Assembly: GCA_018819405.1 (NCBI GenBank) | Contig: JAHJQF010000001.1 | Span: 371,277-435,276 of the forward strand | DNA: 64,000 nucleotides | Direction of reading: 5' to 3' | DNA from: Patescibacteria group bacterium | GTDB taxonomy: Bacteria > Patescibacteriota > Patescibacteriia > UBA1558 > GWA2-36-10 | In this document: one piece after another, positions 9,750-18,661 of the stretch | Layout of the letters: each line of letters opens with the position of its first letter | Position numbering within the stretch: position 1 is the stretch's first letter | Notes under the pieces: model-generated | Seen by the model: the letters and a program-made list of their open reading frames with translations, nothing else | What the model was told of the DNA's origin: nothing | The model's database searches: none | Position numbers and translations under genes: made by a program

Positions 9750-11656
9750 TTATGTTTGATTATAAAAAAACAGAAGGTTTTTCTTTGATGGAATTATTGG
9801 TCGTCATATCTTTTGTCAGTGTGATGGTTTTTTTGATTTTGGGTGTCAGCAATTCAAATAATAAAGTAAAAAAATTAAATGAAGAAACAACCCAAGCTAT
9901 GTTTTATGCCTCTGAAGCTCTGGAAGCAGTCAAACTGATGGCGTGGGATGATATTAGTACTGGACAATATTCTGTAGAGTTGACTGGAGACAGTTGGACA
10001 CTATCTTCTGGTAGCCAGCTTTTGGACGGGTTTTATACTAGGCAGATTGAAGTCAGTGATGTATATAGAGCTAATATTTCTAATGGTCATAGTTATGGAG
10101 AAATAGTAAGTAGTGGAGGTTATCTTGACCCTGATACAAAAAAAGCTCAAGTGATAGTTGTTTGGGATAGTAAATCTGGCCATCAGGAAACGCAGACTCT
10201 AGAAACATATTTGCATCGTTTCAAAGCTGATCGTTGGCACCAGACAGACTGGGTAGGTGGAGATGGCCAGGAGCTGTGGAGTGATGAAACTAAGTTTTCT
10301 TTTAAAGATTCAGGTATTGATAATTCAATACCGGGTATTGTTACTTTAAAGGCCGGATTTATAGATTGGAGCTATGCCAATACTACCTCTACTTATGATA
10401 CACCGGGAAATTTTGATGATAATGATGTATATGAAATAAATGATATAGCCTATTTGGTGACAGAAAATAATAGTTATGGCAGTGAATTTTATATTTTAGA
10501 TGTCAGTGATATTTCTAGTCCCACTTTGATTTCATCTATGGATATTGGCGCAGCAGTAAAGTCAGTTTTTGTGCAAGATAATTATGCTTATATTGCTACT
10601 GATTCCAACTATCGTGAATTCCAAGTAATAGATGTGTCTAACCCAAGTAGCCCATTTATTGCAGATTATTATGATATGAGCGGAAATAGTAATGCTCTGG
10701 ATGTCATGGTAGATGAAAGCAAAGCCTATGTTGTCCAGGGAGATTATCTATACTCTTTTGACATTACTGATCCCACTGATATTCGATATCTTGATAGAAT
10801 AAGCGTAGATGATCAGGCTAGAGAATTATTTTTATCAGAAAGCTATGTTTATATAGCAACTGAAGATGACAATAAGGAGCTTCAAATAATGGATGTGACT
10901 AATCCAGCTAATTTGTCAGCTGTTGGTCAATATGACTTGCCAGGTTCTTTGAAAGGAACGGACGTAAATGTCAGGGGTAGCAGAGCTTTTATTTCCACTC
11001 AAAACAATGGTTCTGGGGCGGAGTTTTTTGTAATTGATGTGACTAATCCAGCTAACCCCAGTCTTTTGGGAAGTTACGCCGTTGATGAAACCATACATTC
11101 ATTTGCTATAGTCGGTCCATATGCTTTGGTGGGCACAAACTTTTTAGATCAAGAATTAGTGGTCTTAGATATCAGCTTTCCCGAAACTATAAATGAAATT
11201 TCCGGTTTTGATTTGAATGGCTATGTTTTGGGTATGAGTGCCAATTGTTCTGTCATATACGCGGCAACATCTGGAAATACTGGTGAATTTTTTATTATAT
11301 CTACCGATGTATTAGACTGTGAGTATGCAGATTATGGTACTATGGATTCTTCCACTTTTGATACTGGTAGCAACCAAGTAACCTACAATTGGATTGCCTG
11401 GACAGGCACTGAACCAAGTGGTACTGATATTCGTTTTCAGTTGGCTACTTCAGACAATGAAGCAGGCCCATGGAATTTTATCGGACCAGACGGTAGTAGC
11501 TCAAGTTATTATACAAATTCTATTCAAGAATACATAAATTATAGTGCCCATCAGGATGATAGATATATCAGATATAGATTATTTTTGGATAGTGATTCGG
11601 AGTGGCAAGTGCCTGTGGTAGAGGAGGTATTTATTAGTTATTCTACTTATCCATGA
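9746..11656 (+). CDS. Large pilin-like protein with LVIVD-repeat beta-propeller domain (putative pilus tip/adhesin subunit)
   Basis: Prepilin N-terminus EGFSLMELLVVISF. At least 5 tandem LVIVD-type repeats (YAYIATDSNYREFQVIDVSNPSSP, AYVVQGDYLYSFDITDPTDI, VYIATEDDNKELQIMDVTNPANL, AFISTQNNGSGAEFFVIDVTNPANPSL, ...). Confidence 0.65.
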   Translation: MIMFDYKKTEGFSLMELLVVISFVSVMVFLILGVSNSNNKVKKLNEETTQAMFYASEALEAVKLMAWDDISTGQYSVELTGDSWTLSSGSQLLDGFYTRQIEVSDVYRANISNGHSYGEIVSSGGYLDPDTKKAQVIVVWDSKSGHQETQTLETYLHRFKADRWHQTDWVGGDGQELWSDETKFSFKDSGIDNSIPGIVTLKAGFIDWSYANTTSTYDTPGNFDDNDVYEINDIAYLVTENNSYGSEFYILDVSDISSPTLISSMDIGAAVKSVFVQDNYAYIATDSNYREFQVIDVSNPSSPFIADYYDMSGNSNALDVMVDESKAYVVQGDYLYSFDITDPTDIRYLDRISVDDQARELFLSESYVYIATEDDNKELQIMDVTNPANLSAVGQYDLPGSLKGTDVNVRGSRAFISTQNNGSGAEFFVIDVTNPANPSLLGSYAVDETIHSFAIVGPYALVGTNFLDQELVVLDISFPETINEISGFDLNGYVLGMSANCSVIYAATSGNTGEFFIISTDVLDCEYADYGTMDSSTFDTGSNQVTYNWIAWTGTEPSGTDIRFQLATSDNEAGPWNFIGPDGSSSSYYTNSIQEYINYSAHQDDRYIRYRLFLDSDSEWQVPVVEEVFISYSTYP

Positions 11657-12201
11657 TTTTGAAAAATAACAAAATAAAAAAAGATCAAAAAGGTTTTACT
11701 TTTATAGAAACTTTACTTTATATTTTTATTTCCAGCATGCTTATTTTGATAATAAGCAGTATGGTAATGAGTATTTTCAATATCAAAAGGCAGTTTCAGG
11801 CATCATATTTAGTTCATAACAATGCCCGTTTTATTACCAATTTTTTGATGAATAGGATTCATAATGTAGACAGTATCCAAGATGCTAGTCCACTGCCTGA
11901 GGGATTTCATTTTTATGAATGGCCGGATATTCGTTTTAGTATAGATGCCGAGGGAAATGATTTGGTATACAGAGAGACGCATGATGTGGGAGCTGGTTTT
12001 CCTGATCAATCTACAGCCACGGCGATGGTTTTAAACTCAAATAAAGTAATAGTCAGCGATCTAACGCTGACGCCTATTTCCGATGCCTATGGGCAAGCAA
12101 ATCAGGGTATAAATATTACCTTTACTTTGACCACGGGCAATAGTAGTTATAGACATGGCTATTTGCAGAAAACTTTTAATACCTTTATAAGTATCCGTTG
12201 A
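11653..12201 (+). CDS. Minor pilin-like protein (prepilin N-terminus)
   Basis: N-terminus KGFTFIETLLYIFISSMLILII. Overlaps the previous gene by 4 nt (operon). Confidence 0.6.
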   Translation: MILKNNKIKKDQKGFTFIETLLYIFISSMLILIISSMVMSIFNIKRQFQASYLVHNNARFITNFLMNRIHNVDSIQDASPLPEGFHFYEWPDIRFSIDAEGNDLVYRETHDVGAGFPDQSTATAMVLNSNKVIVSDLTLTPISDAYGQANQGINITFTLTTGNSSYRHGYLQKTFNTFISIR

Positions 12202-13151
12202 TGAACAATAAAATAAAATCACAAAATGGGGCAGTGGCTTTGATAGCCACTCTGGTAGTAGCGACTGGTATGTTTTCGGTAGTTTTGTCAATTTTATTTA
12301 TTTCTATAAACACTAGGGAGAGCTTGATATCTTTTGTGGATTCTATGCAGGATTTTTATGCTGCCGAATCGGGAGTAGGAGAGGCAATGATGCAACTTAG
12401 AAAAGAGCATACTAATTTTGATTTTCGTAGTATAAATGTAGGGGGTATTGTAGCTTCTAGTGAGTTTTTTGATATGCCTGGAGAATGTATGCCGATTCCG
12501 GAGTGTCAATTTACACCAGGGTCAGGTTGGTGGGCTGAATATTTTAATTATTCTGTCACTCATCCTGATATGGAGGTCAATCCTTATCCCGGGCCAACTC
12601 CTAGTCCACTTGATCATGATTGGTATTGGGATATTTATAAAACACACGAGCAGGTTGATGCCAATATTGATTTTCTGACCAGTATGTGGTTTCCCTATGA
12701 TGGGACTATTTACGAAAACAAAGAGGGGTTTTTGCATGATTACCATTTTGGTATGCACTGGCGAGCAAAGGTGACAGCACCAGCTGATAGTGATTATAGA
12801 TACTATTTAGCATCAGACGACGATTCTTGGGTTTTATTGGATGATATAGTAATAGTAAATAATAGTGGCACTCACGCTGCTAATATAAAAACAGGCACTA
12901 TATTTTTATCAGCCGGCGATAGTATAGTAGACATATATTTTGCTGAACGCCACACCGTAGAATCAGGCTTTAGTTTTTATTTTGAGGATACCAATTTGGT
13001 TATTACTCCTTGGCCAGAAGGTTGTGGTGATGATTTGACTTGTAATTCTCATATAGAGTCGACTGCTTCTACTACCAAAGCCACCAGAAAAGTAAGATAT
13101 ACTTGTAACCAGGATATTTCCAACTGTAATTGGAGTGAACTAGTGCCATAG
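12198..13151 (+). CDS. PilX_N-like pilus protein carrying a PA14-like carbohydrate-binding domain
   Basis: N-terminus QNGAVALIATLVVATGMFSVVLSILF resembles the PilX N-domain. The C-terminal half matches the PA14 pattern (GWWAEYF...MHWRAKVTAPADSDYRYYLASDDDSWVLLDDIVIVNNSGTH...IFLSAGDSIVDIYFAE). Confidence 0.55.
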   Translation: MMNNKIKSQNGAVALIATLVVATGMFSVVLSILFISINTRESLISFVDSMQDFYAAESGVGEAMMQLRKEHTNFDFRSINVGGIVASSEFFDMPGECMPIPECQFTPGSGWWAEYFNYSVTHPDMEVNPYPGPTPSPLDHDWYWDIYKTHEQVDANIDFLTSMWFPYDGTIYENKEGFLHDYHFGMHWRAKVTAPADSDYRYYLASDDDSWVLLDDIVIVNNSGTHAANIKTGTIFLSAGDSIVDIYFAERHTVESGFSFYFEDTNLVITPWPEGCGDDLTCNSHIESTASTTKATRKVRYTCNQDISNCNWSELVP

Positions 13152-13155
13152 GTGT

Positions 13156-13164
13156 GCTATAATA
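13156..13164 (+). promoter_or_regulatory. Extended -10 promoter element (TGcTATAAT) upstream of the ClpB-D1-like gene
   Basis: tgctataat lies 28 nt upstream of the ATG at 13192. Confidence 0.35.
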
Positions 13165-13191
13165 AACCCAGTTAAAAATATAATATAAAAA

Positions 13192-14130
13192 ATGGAAGTA
13201 TTTGATAAATATTTATTTTATAATATAATCCTGCTGATTTTAGTGGGTGTTTATTTATTAAAGAGTAATCAGGACAAAAAATATGGTCAGTCAAATTTTT
13301 TTGGTAAGACCAAAATTTTTCAGCCAGTCATAGAAAAATTTACAACCAATCTCACTCAGCTTGCTATAGAAAGCAAAATTGATCCGGTAGTGGGCAGGGA
13401 CCATGAGATAAAAAGACTGATTCAAATATTATCACGACGAAAAAAAAATAATGTTATTTTGTATGGCAAAGCCGGTATTGGTAAAACAGCCATTGTAGAA
13501 GGTTTGGCTATGGCCATTTCTCAAGCTAGGGTTCCGCAGTCTCTTTTGGGTAAGACAGTTCTTAAATTGGATATATCATCAGTTTTGGCGGGCACAAAAT
13601 ATAGAGGTGAGTTTGAAGACCGTTTCAAGGCTTTGATTGATGCCATTATAAGTTTGGAAAAACAGGTAATAGTTTTTATTGATGAGATTCATACTATAGT
13701 TCAAGCCGGTGGCGTGGAAGGAGCTATTGACGCTGACGATATTATAAAATCTCCTTTGGCACGTGGCGATCTGCAGATGGTAGGAACTACTACCACCAAA
13801 GAGTTTAAAGAATTTATTTTAAAAGACGCCGCTTTGACTAGACGTTTTGAAGCAATTTTAGTAGAAGAGCCTAGTGCTGAAAAAACTATTTCTATGCTCA
13901 AGGCACTGCGTAAAGATTATGAGGATTATCACAATGTTATTATCAGCGATAAAATAATAGAAAATATAGTTTCTTATTCGGCTAAAATAAAAAACAGAGT
14001 TTTTCCTGACAAGGCTATTGATATAATGGATGAAGTATCGGCCAAGGCAAGACTTGATCATGTTGACAATAACAAAACCATCACAATCACAAATAAAGAC
14101 CTTAGCGATGTTTTAAAAGATTTTAAATAA
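13192..14130 (+). CDS. Membrane-anchored AAA+ protein: N-terminal TM helix fused to a single ClpA/ClpB/ClpC-type first nucleotide-binding domain (D1), lacking the M-domain and D2
   Basis: Collinear with ClpB D1 (LAIESKIDPVVGRDHEIKRLIQILSRRKKNNVILYGKAGIGKTAIVEGLA...VIVFIDEIHTIV...ARGDLQMVGTTT...DAALTRRFE...DKAIDIMDE) and then terminates. Hydrophobic N-terminus. Confidence 0.7.
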   Translation: MEVFDKYLFYNIILLILVGVYLLKSNQDKKYGQSNFFGKTKIFQPVIEKFTTNLTQLAIESKIDPVVGRDHEIKRLIQILSRRKKNNVILYGKAGIGKTAIVEGLAMAISQARVPQSLLGKTVLKLDISSVLAGTKYRGEFEDRFKALIDAIISLEKQVIVFIDEIHTIVQAGGVEGAIDADDIIKSPLARGDLQMVGTTTTKEFKEFILKDAALTRRFEAILVEEPSAEKTISMLKALRKDYEDYHNVIISDKIIENIVSYSAKIKNRVFPDKAIDIMDEVSAKARLDHVDNNKTITITNKDLSDVLKDFK

Positions 14131-14139
14131 AGTTATATT

Positions 14140-14328
14140 ATGAGTGAAGTAAAAATAATTCAGGCCATTTCTATAAAAACCAAAACACTGTTGGCAGTCA
14201 TGATGCTTTTGTCGGTTTTTAGTATGGCTTTTTTGGTCGCTCTTATAGCCAGGGGTATGAGTGCTCTTGGGCAACAAATAGCCAGTCACGATATTGGTAT
14301 GGAAACACAAAATTATCTTAAAAAATAA
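14140..14328 (+). CDS. Small single-TM protein, hypothetical
   Basis: 62-aa ORF with one hydrophobic helix, 10 nt downstream of the AAA+ gene. Confidence 0.3.
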   Translation: MSEVKIIQAISIKTKTLLAVMMLLSVFSMAFLVALIARGMSALGQQIASHDIGMETQNYLKK

Positions 14329-14463
14329 TAAAAAATAAGACTCTGGCAGGGTTCTTTTTTTATTTACCCTGTTAAATTTTTTTTTAATGGGGTTTGACAA
14401 AAATATTTAAAAAGCAAATAATTAATAGTAATTAGGAGGAATAATAATTTAAAGTATAAATGT

Positions 14464-15252
14464 ATGTTTTTCTCTAAATTTAGATTTTTTGTAGGGTTTT
14501 TGGCTATTTTTAGTGGTATTTTGCTAATGGGAGCCAGCTGTCAAAATAATCAGGATCTTTATAATCAAAACAATAGTAATATAGTAGAAGAACAACTTGA
14601 TAACCAACCTTTAATTGGCGGTGATAAGGATGAGTATGGCTGTCTTATATCGGCAGGCTATTCTTGGTGCGAGACAAAAAATAAATGTTTGCGCACTTGG
14701 GAAGAAGAGTGCTCGGTAGTTGAAAATTCTAATCAAAATCAGACAATTCCAGTAGTTAAAACACCTGATAGTATTGTAGACTCTGTAGATTGGCAAATAT
14801 ATGAAAATAAAAAATTTGGTTATACAGTTTTGTATCCAGATAACACAGAAATTATTGCCAATAATTTAGACGAGTTTGTAGAGTTTGTGGGACCTTTGCA
14901 AGATGGAGAACGCTGGCCAAGGATTAGTATCTCACATTTTGACACCGTTGATTATCATCCGGAGGTGGGGGTCAATTTACAGGAATGGTTGGAAGATAGT
15001 ATTGGATCTTATGAGACTAGGGTTATTGGTATTGATGGAGGTATAGAAACACTACATGTTATTCAGCCACAGACAGTTGATTCTGATGGGGCAGATTATT
15101 ATTATTTTGTAAAAGACGGGCAGTTATTTAAGATTACTTTTTTGCACACTATCGGAAGTCAAGATTGGCCTATGTATATAAAATTTTTGTATAATTTCCA
15201 TTTTAATGTACCTACTACTAATGATATAGCTACCACTACTCCAGCACAATAA
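14464..15252 (+). CDS. Secreted protein / possible lipoprotein, hypothetical, cysteine-containing
   Basis: Signal peptide ending LLMGASC; no recognised domain. Confidence 0.5.
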   Translation: MFFSKFRFFVGFLAIFSGILLMGASCQNNQDLYNQNNSNIVEEQLDNQPLIGGDKDEYGCLISAGYSWCETKNKCLRTWEEECSVVENSNQNQTIPVVKTPDSIVDSVDWQIYENKKFGYTVLYPDNTEIIANNLDEFVEFVGPLQDGERWPRISISHFDTVDYHPEVGVNLQEWLEDSIGSYETRVIGIDGGIETLHVIQPQTVDSDGADYYYFVKDGQLFKITFLHTIGSQDWPMYIKFLYNFHFNVPTTNDIATTTPAQ

Positions 15253-15273
15253 TATTTTATAAATAAAAAATAG

Positions 15274-15311
15274 ACCTGCGGCGCGCTTTGGCGCGCCGCA
15301 GGTTTTGTTTT
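15274..15311. terminator. Bidirectional rho-independent terminator
   Basis: acctgcggcgcgc / gcgcgccgcaggt perfect 13-bp stem with tttg loop, flanked by A-run and T-run; separates convergent genes. Confidence 0.8.
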
Positions 15312-16374
15312 ACAGGCTATCGAGAATCTCGGTCAGCTTTTCAGCGATGACCGTAGCTACTGAGACATTTTCCACCAGACCGCCAGTCTGGTTTTCGTAA
15401 GAACGATGGATAGTGTCTCCAGCCAGGACTCGGGTGAAAGGACTGGTCCTTTTGCGACCAACCCTTCTTTTCCAGGGGGGCGAACACTTCATGTGGGTGG
15501 CGACCAGCTCTACCTGGAAAGCCTCGGCTCGCAACAGGTCGCGGCAGGTGTCAGCGGCAGTACCACCGGTATCGAGCTCATCTTCCCGCATGATGATGTA
15601 GGCGTCCTTGACGGTTTCCGAGTTGATGAGTTGGATTTCAACTCCATATTCCTGGCTTATCTTTTCGATGAAAGTCAGGTCTTGCGGTGTGGGTTCAACA
15701 TTGGTGACAATGTTGCCGGTTTCTTTGCGCTTTTTCAAGCTCAGGAGCACCGGTACGTCCAGTGACTTAGCAATGGCTACTGCCCTCAAGAGTGAACCTT
15801 TGTCCGGGGACAGAATCTTGAATTCTTTGTCGAGTTCCTTGGCCTTGGTCAGGCTGGACTTGAGAGCCGCTATGTACAACGGTGTAGGTTTGACGTGGTA
15901 GGTCTCCAGGCCGACTTGCTGGCAGTTGAGCATTGTTCTTTCGGAATGGATGTCGCAGACAAGCATACGGTCTGCTCCGTTGGCCTTGATGTTCTCCATG
16001 AACCAGAGGTTGAGGTCAAATTCTTCGGGGATCTCCGGATGATCCTGTCGTCGAAAAGCCATAAAGGGCTGAACAACGGTCAGACTCTTGGCGCCGTACT
16101 TTTTCTTGATCGCTCGGATGAGGATCAAAAGCTCCAAGACTAGGTGTGGTTTGTGGGTGCTCAGAAAGAGTACTGCGTGCTTGCCGGCGATGTCTTCCCA
16201 GCGGTCAAAACAGAAGTCAGGCTCACTGTCCGGCCACCAACCGAAATCGGTGTGGGACAGGCTGAGTGGTACTTATTTGATCCGGCGTATATTGACAGCG
16301 TCAATGATTTTTTGGGCCAGGTGGTTGGTGTCTCCGCGTCCGCAGAGCATCAGGATTTCTTCGGAGTGTGCCAT
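15310..16374 (-). pseudogene. prs: Ribose-phosphate pyrophosphokinase (PRPP synthetase, Prs family)-like gene interrupted by one in-frame TAA (minus-strand codon at 16275..16273), in a ~55% GC island
   Basis: Prs-collinear translation: MAHSEEILMLCGRGDTNHLAQKIIDAV...(TAA)...FLSTHKPHLVLELLILIRAIKKKYGAKSLTVVQPFMAFRRQD...DELDTGGTAADTC. Strong SD gggagg 5 nt before the ATG. GC content far above flanks. Confidence 0.55.
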
Positions 16375-16505
16375 TTTTGCCTCCCTGTTCATGTAAAGGA
16401 CTAGTGAAGTCCGTGTGTTGGCTTCATTACTTGCGCCTTTATATAAAACTAAATCAGACCTTTTGTCAATTTTTTATTTTTTCAAATAAATGATATAATT
16501 TTATT

Positions 16506-16940
16506 ATGAGACTTTGGAGTATACACCCTAGCTATTTGGATACCAAGGGTCTTTTGGCTCTTTGGCGCGAAAGCCTTTTAGCCAAAAAAGTTTTAAAAGG
16601 TCAAACTAAAGGGTATACAAAACATCCACAATTAGAACGCTTTAAACAAAGTGATGACCCTTTAAATCTCATCAATCATTATCTCAATTTTATTTGGCAG
16701 GAGGCGAATATTCGTGGTTACAATTTTGATCAGTCAAAAATAGAGAATTTTATCCCGACAAAAAAATTACCGGTTACCAGAGGGCAGATTATTTATGAGT
16801 TAGATCATCTAACTCATAAACTAAAAATTAGATCACCTCATTTTATCCGAGTTTTACCTCATCCAAATAAGGCTCAGACACATCCAATATTTTATGTTGT
16901 AGAGGGAGATATTGAAGCCTGGGAAAAATTATCTTTTTAG
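16506..16940 (+). CDS. Pyrimidine dimer DNA glycosylase-like protein (Pyr_excise / T4 endonuclease V-like family), tentative
   Basis: N-terminus MRLWSIHPSYLDTKGLLALWRESLLAKKVLKGQTKGYTKHPQLERF matches the conserved start of this family, from memory. Extended -10 tgatataat upstream. Confidence 0.5.
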   Translation: MRLWSIHPSYLDTKGLLALWRESLLAKKVLKGQTKGYTKHPQLERFKQSDDPLNLINHYLNFIWQEANIRGYNFDQSKIENFIPTKKLPVTRGQIIYELDHLTHKLKIRSPHFIRVLPHPNKAQTHPIFYVVEGDIEAWEKLSF

Positions 16941-16980
16941 TATATAATACAAAAATTAATAATTAATAAATAGTATATAT

Positions 16981-17391
16981 ATGAAAACATATATTTTAGC
17001 GCCAATTTTGTTGGCTACAGTGCTTTTGACAGGTGGCTGTTTGAAAAAAAATCCTTTGGTCACAAATGATCAAACTTTTGTAAATCAAAACCAAGAGGAA
17101 AACATGGAAAATATAGAAGAAGACGGGCTGATGGCCACTCAATATGACATGGCAGAGATCGCCCAACATAATAATGCTGACGATTGTTGGCTCCTTATTA
17201 GTGGCAAGGTTTATGATGTGACCAGCTTTATCGCTGGTGGCAATCATGGCGGTGGTGATGCCATACTGGAAGGTTGTGGTATTGATGCTACTGAGCTTTA
17301 TGAAACTAGACCCATGGGATCTGGTACACCTCACTCTGATAAGGCTCGTGGATTTTTGGAGGGTTTTTATATAGGAGATTTTAGAGAATAA
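16981..17391 (+). CDS. Cytochrome b5-like heme/steroid-binding domain lipoprotein
   Basis: Lipobox LLTGGC. Cyt-b5 core DDCWLLISGKVYDVTSFIAGGNHGGG. Confidence 0.6.
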   Translation: MKTYILAPILLATVLLTGGCLKKNPLVTNDQTFVNQNQEENMENIEEDGLMATQYDMAEIAQHNNADDCWLLISGKVYDVTSFIAGGNHGGGDAILEGCGIDATELYETRPMGSGTPHSDKARGFLEGFYIGDFRE

Positions 17392-17397
17392 CAAAAA

Positions 17398-17428
17398 CAG
17401 CCTCATATTTCGAGGCTGTTTTTTATTT
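17398..17428 (+). terminator. Rho-independent terminator
   Basis: cagcctc / gaggctg stem followed by ttttttatttg. Confidence 0.7.
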
Positions 17429-18052
17429 GTTTAATTGTTCTATTACTTCTTGGTCAGTAATCTGTCGGAAGTCAGCATAAAAATTACCAATAGCCATAAA
17501 AAGATGAGGTAAGTGTACATAAAATAATTCTTCGGATAAAGTTTGAAATTTTTCTAAGGATTCTTTGGGTAATACTGGAACAGCCAATATTATATGTTTG
17601 GCCTTTTTATTTTTAACAGATAATATAGCGGCTTGCATAGTAGAGCCGGTAGCTATGCCGTCATCAATTATTATAGCGGTTTTATATTTTAAATCTAAGG
17701 GAGTTCGGTGACCGCGGTATAGCTTTAGTCTTCTCTGGGCTTCTTTTTTTTCTTTGGTGATTTCCTCTTCAAGGTATTTCTTGTTTATACCCTCTTGAAT
17801 GATTATATCCTGGTCAAATACCGAGTATCCATCTTCGGAGATAGCTCCTATAGCAAATTCTGGGTTTTGAGGAGCGCTGATTTTTCTTGGTATTACAATA
17901 TCAAGCGGCAAGTTGAGGGTTTTTGCTACTTGGCCGGCTACTATGATACCGCCTCGAGGCAAGCCGATAATGATAGTATCTTTTTTATTTTTAAATTTTG
18001 CCAATTTTTCAGCCAATTTTTGGCCGGCGTCTTGGCGGTCTCGGAAAAACAT
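17423..18052 (-). CDS. Phosphoribosyltransferase-domain protein (PRTase type I fold)
   Basis: PRPP-binding loop AIIIDDGIATGSTM; N-terminal FxDRxDAGxxLA motif typical of stand-alone predicted PRTases. Confidence 0.7.
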   Translation of the reverse strand: MFFRDRQDAGQKLAEKLAKFKNKKDTIIIGLPRGGIIVAGQVAKTLNLPLDIVIPRKISAPQNPEFAIGAISEDGYSVFDQDIIIQEGINKKYLEEEITKEKKEAQRRLKLYRGHRTPLDLKYKTAIIIDDGIATGSTMQAAILSVKNKKAKHIILAVPVLPKESLEKFQTLSEELFYVHLPHLFMAIGNFYADFRQITDQEVIEQLNK

Positions 18053-18108
18053 ATATTTGTGTTATATTTTTATAATACACTTATGAGCCTTATTTGTCCA
18101 AAATGAAA

Positions 18109-18140
18109 ACCGCGGATTTCTTTAGTAAGAAATCCGCGGT
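18109..18140 (-). terminator. Palindromic terminator hairpin for the minus-strand membrane-protein gene
   Basis: accgcggatttctt / aagaaatccgcggt 13-14-bp perfect stem. Confidence 0.6.
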
Positions 18141-18143
18141 GGC

Positions 18144-18587
18144 TCAAATCAAATCGTACAGCCGGATGTCAAAGATGACTTTGCTGGCAAAATTGACTAG
18201 GGCAATGCCCACGCCGATAATCCAGCAGGTCAGCAGGAACTTGAATTGGAATTTTCTCAGACGTGGGTATTCTCTTTTTGTTCCTTTGGCTATCAGAAAC
18301 AAAAAGAGGGAGAAGAAGCCAAATAAACCAATGCCAGCCAGGCTGATATGAGTGATAAACAGCAGGCTGTGCCATGGCGCTTGGTCTGTCGAGTTCATTC
18401 GTGGTAGAGATCCTGAGGAAGCGGATACAGCCATGACGATGTCCAGGCAAATGCCTATTGTCAGCCAGAGCATGAAATGCCCTTTATTTTGGTAAAATCG
18501 GACACTGGCTATCAGGTAAGGCAGAAAGGCGATGACTTGGATGCCTATGACCCACAAATGGGCTAAATACCAGGGCGAATTTTCCAT
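18144..18587 (-). CDS. Hypothetical polytopic membrane protein (GC content ~47%, above local background)
   Basis: 4-5 predicted TM helices; no family recognised. Confidence 0.45.
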   Translation of the reverse strand: MENSPWYLAHLWVIGIQVIAFLPYLIASVRFYQNKGHFMLWLTIGICLDIVMAVSASSGSLPRMNSTDQAPWHSLLFITHISLAGIGLFGFFSLFLFLIAKGTKREYPRLRKFQFKFLLTCWIIGVGIALVNFASKVIFDIRLYDLI

Positions 18588-18661
18588 GATTTCCCTCCTT
18601 TTGACGCTTGTGTGATTGTACTTTACTCAATAAAATTATTACATATTTTATCTGGTGTCAA

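Noticed and set aside
15406-16404. Seven overlapping ORFs (15406..15765+, 15413..15601+, 15608..15901+, 15870..16076-, 15895..16143+, 16088..16396+, 16144..16404+)
   Set aside because: They lie inside the ~55% GC prs-like island where stop codons are rare in all frames. Only the minus-strand Prs-collinear frame has homology-like content and an SD.
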